64,000 nt of DNA from an uncultured Chthoniobacter sp. (GTDB lineage Bacteria > Verrucomicrobiota > Verrucomicrobiia > Chthoniobacterales > JACTMZ01). Position 1 is the first letter of the stretch; every line of letters begins with the position of its first letter. The DNA lies in NCBI GenBank assembly GCA_964609925.1, contig CAZSUJ010000002.1:8251-72250 (forward strand). The letters are read 5' to 3'. Both the position numbers and the translations under genes were made by a program. The notes under the pieces are model-generated. The model was not told the DNA's origin and ran no database searches. It saw only the letters and a program-made list of their open reading frames with translations. Shown in pieces: positions 54,909-63,034 of the stretch.

Positions 54909-55853
54909 ATGAGAACCTCACGCTGGCTGCGCACCACGGCCTTCTCCGCCACGGCGCTCGCCCTCACCACGGCCGGACCGCTGGCCGCCACCGACCCGCA
55001 ATACGACACCAACGATCTCCTGCTGTTCGGACTCAAGAGGTCCGGCGCCGCATGGATCGACAATGTCGTGGTCTTCAGCCTCGGCAGCAGTTGGGACGTC
55101 TTCCGTCGCGCCGCCACACCGGGCGATCCGACGTTCGGCACGGTCATCAGCCTCGGCAACATCAACTCCACCCTGACCTCGGCCTTCGGCGCTGATTGGA
55201 CCGGTCTCACCGCCGAGACGCTCTACTTCGGCGCGGTCGGACAGAATGGCAGCACCTCGGGGCTCAGCACCGCAGTCGAGAACGGCGATTACGCCCGCAC
55301 GGCCTACGTAACATCACCGCGCGCAGGCAGCGGTGCCTACCAGCAGGCCAACTCCACGCCACGAAACATCCCGACGGCGAACGCCTCCGGAACGGTCGTG
55401 GCGATCCAAGGCGCCAACTCGGTCGCCGCCGGCCAGCCCAACCCGCATACGGTGAATGTGAGCGACACGGTGATTGACAACAACAATGCCCTGACTCCGG
55501 GCGGCACGCCCGGCACCGCCTACACCTCGATCAACAGCGGTGTGATCGGCACCGCGTCCAGCAGCACCTACGATTACGGCGCGGTCAGCAACATTGTCCT
55601 CGGCCTCGATCTCTATCGCGTCACACCGACCACGAACGGCCCTTCGGCCTGGCAGAACCTGAACAGCATCGGCGCGGACTACGGCGGCTCCGGCGGCAAC
55701 GGCCCCGGCTACTTCCTCGGCACCATCACGCTAAGCGGCAACGGCGACGTGAACTTCACTGCCGTGCCCGAACCCGGAACGGTGACCCTGCTCGCACTCG
55801 CCGGAGTCGGCTGCGCGCTCCACGTGATCCGCCGCCGGCGCACGCATTCCTGA
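54909..55853 (+). CDS. secreted PEP-CTERM-anchored protein (paralog 1)
   Basis: Signal peptide. C-terminal VPEPGTVTLLALAGVGCALHVIRRRR is a PEP-CTERM sorting signal. The body is highly similar to 57470..58720. Confidence 0.8.
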   Translation: MRTSRWLRTTAFSATALALTTAGPLAATDPQYDTNDLLLFGLKRSGAAWIDNVVVFSLGSSWDVFRRAATPGDPTFGTVISLGNINSTLTSAFGADWTGLTAETLYFGAVGQNGSTSGLSTAVENGDYARTAYVTSPRAGSGAYQQANSTPRNIPTANASGTVVAIQGANSVAAGQPNPHTVNVSDTVIDNNNALTPGGTPGTAYTSINSGVIGTASSSTYDYGAVSNIVLGLDLYRVTPTTNGPSAWQNLNSIGADYGGSGGNGPGYFLGTITLSGNGDVNFTAVPEPGTVTLLALAGVGCALHVIRRRRTHS

Positions 55854-55906
55854 ACCGCACCAACAACAAGCCAACCACCCACTCCAAACCAACCCAAGCC
55901 AACACC

Positions 55907-57265
55907 ATGAACATCAAACACCTCGCCGCGGGAGCCCTGGCTCTCGCCGTCACGTCGTCCGCCATGGCGCAGACGACGATCACCATCACCGGCGCCACCG
56001 CGTTCCGGCAGGCCACCGTCCGGGCCATCTACAACGCCTACAACTCGGTGTCCCCCGGCCTTAACGGCCTGGCCAACGCCTCGTTCAACGTCGCCTACGA
56101 CTTCTCGGGCAACAACCTCTCGCAGTTGATCGCGTCGAACCGCGCGACCTTCCGCGGGACGTTCCCGGGCATCTCGGGCACGACGGTCATCCAGACCTCG
56201 TTCAACGGCTCGGCCGAGGGCCTCAACGCCATCGCCGGCAACAACAACCCGTCGTTCCTTGCCGTCGCAGCCGTGACCAACTCGGGCACGTTCCAAGGCG
56301 GCACCACCTCGCCGACCGAGAACAAGCGCCCGAAGTTCAGCTTCTCGGACGTCTACCAGAGCAGCACTCCGGTGGACAACGAGGTCCTGAACCCGGTCGG
56401 CGCCTCGGCTGTCGGCGTTGTCACGTTCGCCATGATCGCCAACGAAGGCGCTCCGGCCAACTGGACCAACGTTACGTTCCAGCAGGCCCGCGCCCTCTGG
56501 GAGCAGGGCATCCAACCGTTGAGCCTCTTCACCGGCGACCCCAATGACACCACGCTGGTGTTTGCCACGGGCCGCAACGACGGGTCGGGCACCCGTGCGT
56601 CCTATCTCAGCGAGTGGCAATACGGCGTGGCGGAACTTGTGCAGCAATACATTGCCACGACCAACTCCTCGGCCTCGGCGGTCACCGCCCTCACCGCGGT
56701 TCCGGCGAACGGTCGCGGCCCGGTTGGATCCGTCCTCGACACGGGCAGCACCAACAACGCCTCGGTCCTTTGGGGCAACACCGCCGTCGGCAACGGCGGC
56801 TACAGCAGCGGGAGCGCACTCCGCACGCTCATGGGCCTCCCTTCGACCAGCGTGACCGTTTATGACGGTGTCAGCACCAACCCCGTCGCCACCGGCCTCC
56901 CGTTGTTCCTGCTCACATGGCTCTCCACAGCCGACTCGCAGAACGCTGCCGCCGCCGGGGCCAAGGTCCTCGGCTACAACGGCGTCATGGTGACCCCGCT
57001 GGCCGCGACCAACACGAACAACTTCAACAACAAGGGATTCAGCGAGGCGGACTTCAACAAGATCGCCTCGGGTGCCTACGCCGCCTGGAATTACCAGCAC
57101 CTCTACTACCACGGCAGTCTCTCCGGCAACGAGACCATCTGGTATAATGCCATGAAGACGAATTACCTGGTCACAGGCCTCCAGCAGACGGCGAACGGCC
57201 TCACCCTCAATGACATGACGGTCAGCCGCCCCGACGACGGATTCCCGATCGTCGCTCCGCTCTGA
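55907..57265 (+). CDS. secreted periplasmic-binding-protein-like (PstS/PBP_like_2-type) protein
   Basis: Signal peptide MNIKHLAAGALALAVTSSAMAQ; ITITGATAF..., SFNGSAEGLNAI, FSFSDV, RNDGSGTRASY resemble the type-2 PBP fold. Function unknown. Confidence 0.5.
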   Translation: MNIKHLAAGALALAVTSSAMAQTTITITGATAFRQATVRAIYNAYNSVSPGLNGLANASFNVAYDFSGNNLSQLIASNRATFRGTFPGISGTTVIQTSFNGSAEGLNAIAGNNNPSFLAVAAVTNSGTFQGGTTSPTENKRPKFSFSDVYQSSTPVDNEVLNPVGASAVGVVTFAMIANEGAPANWTNVTFQQARALWEQGIQPLSLFTGDPNDTTLVFATGRNDGSGTRASYLSEWQYGVAELVQQYIATTNSSASAVTALTAVPANGRGPVGSVLDTGSTNNASVLWGNTAVGNGGYSSGSALRTLMGLPSTSVTVYDGVSTNPVATGLPLFLLTWLSTADSQNAAAAGAKVLGYNGVMVTPLAATNTNNFNNKGFSEADFNKIASGAYAAWNYQHLYYHGSLSGNETIWYNAMKTNYLVTGLQQTANGLTLNDMTVSRPDDGFPIVAPL

Positions 57266-57299
57266 GCCGGAGTTCTTCGCCACACGCGAACCACAGACG

Positions 57300-57333
57300 G
57301 GCCGGCGCCGGAAACGGTGCCGGCCTTTCTCTT
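57300..57333 (+). terminator. rho-independent terminator after the PBP-like gene
   Basis: 11-bp stem GGCCGGCGCCG / CGGTGCCGGCC (one G-U pair) with a GAAA tetraloop, followed by TTTCTCTT. Confidence 0.75.
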
Positions 57334-57469
57334 GCCTTCGTTCGGCCAACCGCGGGCGGATTGTTACGAAAACGTTCCATCCCCCGTCTTTGCCCTCGAT
57401 GCCTCATGTCTAGATTTCGAAGGCATCCACCCGACTCCCGACCGGAAACAACCAAACACCCACGATCCC

Positions 57470-58720
57470 ATGACGAACACCCGCCGACGCCTCGCCACGC
57501 TGTCCATAATTCTGGCCAGCCACGGCTCACTCACCCTGACCGGACAAGCCGCTCCGGATCCGGTCTACAACACCAACGACGTTCTTCTTTTCGGACTGGA
57601 ACGGTCGGGGGCCGCATGGATCGACAACGTCGTGGCCTTCAGCGTCGGCAGCACATGGGACGTCTTCCGTCGCGCCGCCACGCCCGGCGACCCTACCTAC
57701 GGGACAGTCATTTACCTCGGCAACATCAACACCACGCTCACCTCGGCGTTTGGGACCGACTGGACAGGACTCACCGCGGACACCCTCTACTTCGGCGCCG
57801 CCGGGCAGAAGGGCAGCTTGTCGAGCTTGAGCAGCGCGGTCGAGGACGGCGACTACGCCCGCACGGCCTACATCACCTCGCCGCGTGCGGGCGCGGGGAC
57901 GGTCGGACAGCCGAATTCCACGCCCCGCAACATTCCCACGGCGAATTCATCAGGCACAGTGAGCGCAATCCAGGGAGTGAACTCGGTCGCCGACGGCCAG
58001 CCCAACCCGCTCACTCTGCCCGTGGACACCACGATCATCGACAACAACAACCCGCTGACCCCGGGCGGCACGCCAGGCACCGCCTACACGTCGATCAACG
58101 GCGGCATCATCGGCGCTGTCTCCGCGAGCACCTACAACTACGGGAGTGCCAGCAATGTCGTCGTCGGTCTCGACCTCTTCCGCATCACGCCGAACACGAG
58201 CGGGGCCTCGGCATGGCAGAACGTCAACAGCATCACCGCCGACTACGGAGGCACCGGCGGCAACGGATCGGCCTACTTCCTCGGCACCATCACGCTGAGC
58301 GCCAACGGTGATGTGAACTTCGTGGCCAAGGGCAGCGGTGTGAACGCCTATGATGCCTGGGCGTCCGGCTTCGGCCTCTCTGGCAGCGATGCGCTGGGGA
58401 CGAGCGATCCGGACAAGGACCTGCTCCCGAACAGCCGCGAGTTTGCCTTCGGCTCCAACCCGACGGTCGGCAGCGCCGCCCTGGCCACCACCACCCGCAC
58501 CGGCAGCCAGGTCACCGTGACGTTTCTGCGGCGCTCCGACGTGACCTACGCGGTGCAGAAACGGGCAAATCTCACCTCCGGCACCTTCGTCACCGACCCG
58601 GGAATCGTCCCCACGCTGGTGAGTCCGCAGGGTTCGGTGCCGCCCGGCTACGAGAAGGTCTCCTTCACCGTCCCCGGCACCGGCGCACAGTTCTTCCAAC
58701 TTCTCGCGACCACACCCTGA
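57470..58720 (+). CDS. secreted protein, paralog 2 of the PEP-CTERM protein with an alternative C-terminal domain
   Basis: Collinear with 54909..55853 over about 290 aa (e.g. LLFGLERSGAAWIDNVVAFSVGSTWDVFRRAATPGDPTYGTV). After GDVNF it continues with a 125-aa tail (DPDKDLLPNSREFAFGSNP...) instead of PEP-CTERM. Confidence 0.75.
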   Translation: MTNTRRRLATLSIILASHGSLTLTGQAAPDPVYNTNDVLLFGLERSGAAWIDNVVAFSVGSTWDVFRRAATPGDPTYGTVIYLGNINTTLTSAFGTDWTGLTADTLYFGAAGQKGSLSSLSSAVEDGDYARTAYITSPRAGAGTVGQPNSTPRNIPTANSSGTVSAIQGVNSVADGQPNPLTLPVDTTIIDNNNPLTPGGTPGTAYTSINGGIIGAVSASTYNYGSASNVVVGLDLFRITPNTSGASAWQNVNSITADYGGTGGNGSAYFLGTITLSANGDVNFVAKGSGVNAYDAWASGFGLSGSDALGTSDPDKDLLPNSREFAFGSNPTVGSAALATTTRTGSQVTVTFLRRSDVTYAVQKRANLTSGTFVTDPGIVPTLVSPQGSVPPGYEKVSFTVPGTGAQFFQLLATTP

Positions 58721-58741
58721 CAAGCTCGCAGCAGTCCAACC

Positions 58742-59554
58742 GTGCGACTGATGAACCGCAAAGCCGCCCCCATCCTGCTCGTTGCCGCGGCCCTGGCCAT
58801 CGTGGCGGCGGTCATCCTCACGACACCGTCCGCCGAACCGCCAATCACTGGCGAGCAGGACGCGGCACCGGTGGCCGCGGAAACGCGGGCGGACGCGAGC
58901 GGGTTCGCGTCCGACTCCGCATCGCCAGACCATCCTGCCCAGGCGATGCTGCCGCAACCGGCGCCTTCCTACGCAACAGCAACCGTCGCCACTCCCGCGA
59001 CGTCCGGAGTCACCACCTCGATCGCCGCTGACCCGGGTCGCGAACCTCGCCCGGCAAAAGCCGGCGAGCCGGCGGAGGCGCCCGGGAACGTCAAGGCCGA
59101 GATGGCCGTGGCTCAGGCTTTGGCTGCCGCCGGACTTTCCACCGCGGACATCCAGATCGCAACGCTGGGGGCCGCGCCCGCTGCCGCCACCGCGCCCGAG
59201 ACACCCGAGGCGGCAACCGGGGAGACCGCTCCGCCGACCGTCCGCACGACACGCGACCTGACCATTCCCGTGCCCACCGGCGCAAAAGTGCCGGTCGTGT
59301 TTTACGACAACCAAACGCGTCCCCTGCCCCAGCAGCAAGCGCTGGATCGGATCGCCGCCGAGTTCAGCGACACGATCAGCAACCCGCCCGCCGGCTACAC
59401 GCAGCAAGAGGTCTGGGAGGCCGCGCGCAAGATCGCGGATGAGCGCTACGCCGTGCTCTACGGGTTCGACGCCTTCAACCAGATGAGCATGCACGCGGCC
59501 AAGGAGGCGCTTAAGGAAAAGAAAGCCGCATCCGCGCAAGCCGCCACGCCTTGA
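58742..59554 (+). CDS. hypothetical membrane-anchored Ala/Pro-rich protein
   Basis: Single N-terminal TM (APILLVAAALAIVAAVIL), low-complexity middle, conserved-looking C-terminal about 90 aa. Confidence 0.5.
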   Translation: MRLMNRKAAPILLVAAALAIVAAVILTTPSAEPPITGEQDAAPVAAETRADASGFASDSASPDHPAQAMLPQPAPSYATATVATPATSGVTTSIAADPGREPRPAKAGEPAEAPGNVKAEMAVAQALAAAGLSTADIQIATLGAAPAAATAPETPEAATGETAPPTVRTTRDLTIPVPTGAKVPVVFYDNQTRPLPQQQALDRIAAEFSDTISNPPAGYTQQEVWEAARKIADERYAVLYGFDAFNQMSMHAAKEALKEKKAASAQAATP

Positions 59555-59611
59555 GCGGCTTCCCCGCAAACATCCTCGCAGGCGGACGCGGCAGTTCTCC
59601 TTCCGCAGGGA

Positions 59612-60607
59612 TCAGGAAGTCGGGACGGCGGGCGTGGATTCTTCTCCTCCGGCCTCACCGGTCTGCGCCGACTCGCCGCCCTGGCGCCTCGTCTTCTTCC
59701 GCGCATCCGCCTCGGCCTGCTTGAGCATCGAGAAGCGGTTGGCTTCGAGCCGCGCGGCGACCAGCAGGGATGAGGGAACGGTCTTGAAAAGTTCCTCGTA
59801 GGTCTTCACGGCCGTGATCTCCCCGCGGTCCTTCGCGATGATGAGCCACTTGAACGCTTCCTCCGGGTCTTTGCACGCGGGCGAGCCCACGCCGAGGATG
59901 TGGGCGAGGTTGGATTGTGCCTTCACGTCATTCTGGAGGGCCGCCTTGCGGAACCACTCGGCGGCCTCTTCGCGCGCATGGGGCTGGTTGAAATCCTCGC
60001 GCACACCCAGGCCGTCGCGGCAGAAGACTCCCATAAGGTTCTGGCAGGCCGCATCACCGGCCTCGGCGGCTTGCTTGACGTGCGGGTAGGACTTGGCGAA
60101 GTCGGGTTTGAGGTGCCTGTCGCCATTGAAATAGAGCTGACCGAGATACGATTTGGCCTCGGGCAAGCCGGCAGCGGCCGCCTCCTCCATGAGGCGCAGG
60201 CTTTCCGACGCAGAAGGTTGGATGCGCTTCCCTTGCCGCAAAAGGAGGCCGAGGTTCAGCTTCGAGCGGGCCGATCCCGCCTCCGCTCCACGACGGAACC
60301 ACTCCACCGCGCGGTTCTCGTCCATCTCGACGATTTCCCCGTTCGCGTAAAGGAACCCGATGCTGTCGATCGCATCGAGGTTGCCGGCCTCAGCCGACGT
60401 GCGGATGAGTTCCAGCGCCTTCTGCGCGTCCCTCTCGACTCCGATGCCGCGATAGTAGGCGCGCCCGAGTTGGAACTGCGCGGCCGCATCACCTTCTTTG
60501 GCCGCTTTCTGCCAAGCCGGGATATCAGGTGAACTTTCCGGATCGGAAGCGGCCGGGGCTCCCTTGGTAACGAAGGCGGTCAACAGGAGGACAAGCAACA
60601 ATCTCAT
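59612..60607 (-). CDS. secreted Sel1-repeat protein
   Basis: Signal peptide from MRLLLVLLLTAFV (cat 60605-60607; the ORF call extends to 60661). At least 6 Sel1 repeats (AAQFQLGRAYYRGIGVERDAQKALELI...). Confidence 0.8.
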   Translation of the reverse strand: MRLLLVLLLTAFVTKGAPAASDPESSPDIPAWQKAAKEGDAAAQFQLGRAYYRGIGVERDAQKALELIRTSAEAGNLDAIDSIGFLYANGEIVEMDENRAVEWFRRGAEAGSARSKLNLGLLLRQGKRIQPSASESLRLMEEAAAAGLPEAKSYLGQLYFNGDRHLKPDFAKSYPHVKQAAEAGDAACQNLMGVFCRDGLGVREDFNQPHAREEAAEWFRKAALQNDVKAQSNLAHILGVGSPACKDPEEAFKWLIIAKDRGEITAVKTYEELFKTVPSSLLVAARLEANRFSMLKQAEADARKKTRRQGGESAQTGEAGGEESTPAVPTS

Positions 60608-60772
60608 GGCAGCCACGATCATACCGGCGTCCGCGCCCGTGGGTTGTGACATTTTCGTCACCTTGCCCGGCCCTCACGGCGGTAAAGAATCCAATGCGTC
60701 CCCGAGACGGGAGCAGAGAGGATGGCGGCCGCGAGCGCGCCGATGACGGCAACCTCCGCGATGCTGCCGGTC

Positions 60773-63034
60773 TTAATTCTCAAGGGTGCCCGGCTTGCCG
60801 TTTGCTTCGATCCGGCGCAGGAAATCCGCGGGCCGCGGGTCGGACGCACGCAGCGCCTGCGCCTGCCGGAAGAGCGCACCCGCTTTCTCCATCTCCCCGA
60901 TCTCGAAATGATACACGCCGCGGAAGTAGAGCGTCTCGAACTTCGACTGCTCCGGAATCACCGCGAATATCCTCACGGACCTCGTGTCGAGCCCCGATCC
61001 CGAGGGGATCGGATAGGCGAAAGGTCGCAGCCAGTCCGGAATCTCCGCGTCGTCGAGCAGGCTCTTGAGAAATCTGCTCTCGCTGACATCTGTCTCGCCG
61101 CTCTTGGCCAGCAGACGCGTATAGGCCTCGCCGAAATTGTCCCACGACGGGATGACGATGTGGGTGATCCCCGCCGCGGTGAGCTCGCGCTTCGCCTCCT
61201 CGGCGTCGGGTGCGGCGAAGATGCGTGCGGCACGCTTGAGACCGGGCATGTTCTCCCAGTAAAGCGTTCCGACCGTCCGCAGCCCGGCGTGATAGGTCAT
61301 CTCGGTCGAGGCGTTGGGCCCCGTCAGCACGACCGGCACTCTGGACGGGCTCGACTGGATGAGCCGGTGGGCCACGTCGCGGAGGAGAAGGTTGCCGGCG
61401 ATTTCCTGGGGAATCGGGGTTTCAAGACAGGTCCGTGCCTCGACCGAACGGACGACGAACTGCGGCACGATGGAGAGAATCAAACTCAGCCAACCGCAGG
61501 CCAGCAGGCCGGTGAAGACGCGTTTCTGCAACGTCGAGCGGTTCGGCGCGGACACGACTCCGGCAAAGACGACGAGCGCGCACACCGCCCAGAGTGAGAA
61601 CGCCGCGGAAGTCCAGCGGACCTGCCAGATGGCCAGCGCCTGCATCAGCAGGGTCGGCGGTGCGAGGAGGAGGAGCGAGCGGCGCGTCTCCTCCGGCAGC
61701 GCGCCGCGGGCCGCGAGGACGGACGAGCACACAACCACAGCGATCGGCCACGGGTAGTAGAGCAGCCACGCGGGATTCCCGCCGGCCGCCAGCACGAGTG
61801 TCGGAAGGCTCTGGAACTCGTTGATGAACTCCTGGTGCAGGGAGAGCAGAAACTTGTCACCCACCCAGAAGAACCGTCCGCTGTCCAACGCCACCATGAT
61901 CACCGGTGCCGCGAGCGCCGCCAACGCGAGGGCCGCGAGAACGAGGTCGAACGCATTCCGAAGGACTCGCTCACCGCGAATGCTCCAGGCGAGGAAGCGC
62001 GCGGCGAGGAAGCATCCCGCCAGCCACGCGAACGCGTGGAGCGGATGGTTGACTTCCAGCCGCCACCCCATGTGGCGGGGAAAGTATTCGAGAAGGTAGA
62101 ACGCGCACGAGGCAAGGCATCCCCAACCTCCCCACGTGATCCACAACGCGGGGTCCAGCGAGCGGCGGAGTGTCCCGCGACCGAACACCCAGCCGCACGC
62201 AACGCCGCCCAGCAATGTTGCAGCCAGCACGGGGATGGCCGTAGCGGCGCTGACCCAAAGGGCCGCGGCCCCGAGGATGCCCGCTCCCGCAAACCACCGC
62301 CTTGCTGCGTCGGCGGTTGGCAGACGTTCGTCTGGCACAGAGCCCTTTCCCTTCGCGCGCACGAAACCGGAGCCGCCGCAGACCAGGCAGATCACGGTGC
62401 CAGCCGCGAAGAAAATGACGATCACGTGGTGATCGGCCTCGCCAGTCAGGCATGTGCGGATCACAGGATAGGAAGTGAGGTTGACGACGGCGAAGAAGGC
62501 AGCGGCAAACCAGCCGAAACGCCGGGCGGCAATCCACGTCAGCCCGCCCAGCAAGACGAGCAACAGCACGGGACCAGCCGCCATGGCTGCATCGGCCACG
62601 AAGTGCTCAGCCGGCATCCCCGTGCCCCAAGACCGTATCCACGCCAGCACGGCGAGAATCCACATAAGCGGCGAACTCCAATGCACCTCACGTCCGTCGG
62701 GAGCATTATCCATCCGCGTTTCACGAACCCGCCAAGTTCCGTCGCGGAGCATCTGCTTCGTGTGGACAACCCACCAACGCGCATCCATCGCGTAATAGGG
62801 CAGGACGAGATGTTCCTCCCTCGTGCCGGGCGGAACCCGCAGGGTGTGGGGGGCGACGTCGGTGAAAGACACCGCGGACACGCGATCCATGAAGTAGAGG
62901 CTCGTGGCGGCATTGGCGGCGTAGGCGGCAACTGCGGCCGTGAGGCAGCCGAGAAGACTCCACCACGCGGCACGGGAGAAACTCGCTCTCGGCTGGATCC
63001 TGGCCGGCGTTCGCCTTTGGGACACGGCGCTCAA
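60773..63034 (-). CDS. large polytopic membrane protein with soluble C-terminal domain (GT-C-like architecture; function unknown)
   Basis: 753 aa. More than 12 hydrophobic segments, then about 200 aa soluble with a TPR-like end. The start overlaps the stop of the FhaB-like gene by 4 nt. Confidence 0.55.
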   Translation of the reverse strand: MSAVSQRRTPARIQPRASFSRAAWWSLLGCLTAAVAAYAANAATSLYFMDRVSAVSFTDVAPHTLRVPPGTREEHLVLPYYAMDARWWVVHTKQMLRDGTWRVRETRMDNAPDGREVHWSSPLMWILAVLAWIRSWGTGMPAEHFVADAAMAAGPVLLLVLLGGLTWIAARRFGWFAAAFFAVVNLTSYPVIRTCLTGEADHHVIVIFFAAGTVICLVCGGSGFVRAKGKGSVPDERLPTADAARRWFAGAGILGAAALWVSAATAIPVLAATLLGGVACGWVFGRGTLRRSLDPALWITWGGWGCLASCAFYLLEYFPRHMGWRLEVNHPLHAFAWLAGCFLAARFLAWSIRGERVLRNAFDLVLAALALAALAAPVIMVALDSGRFFWVGDKFLLSLHQEFINEFQSLPTLVLAAGGNPAWLLYYPWPIAVVVCSSVLAARGALPEETRRSLLLLAPPTLLMQALAIWQVRWTSAAFSLWAVCALVVFAGVVSAPNRSTLQKRVFTGLLACGWLSLILSIVPQFVVRSVEARTCLETPIPQEIAGNLLLRDVAHRLIQSSPSRVPVVLTGPNASTEMTYHAGLRTVGTLYWENMPGLKRAARIFAAPDAEEAKRELTAAGITHIVIPSWDNFGEAYTRLLAKSGETDVSESRFLKSLLDDAEIPDWLRPFAYPIPSGSGLDTRSVRIFAVIPEQSKFETLYFRGVYHFEIGEMEKAGALFRQAQALRASDPRPADFLRRIEANGKPGTLEN

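Noticed and set aside
55709-59569. Minus-strand 546-aa and 539-aa ORFs (55709..57349, 57950..59569) opposite the secreted-protein genes.
   Set aside because: They are antisense to genes with signal peptides, paralogy and a terminator. Their translations are Gly/Arg/Asp-rich noise.
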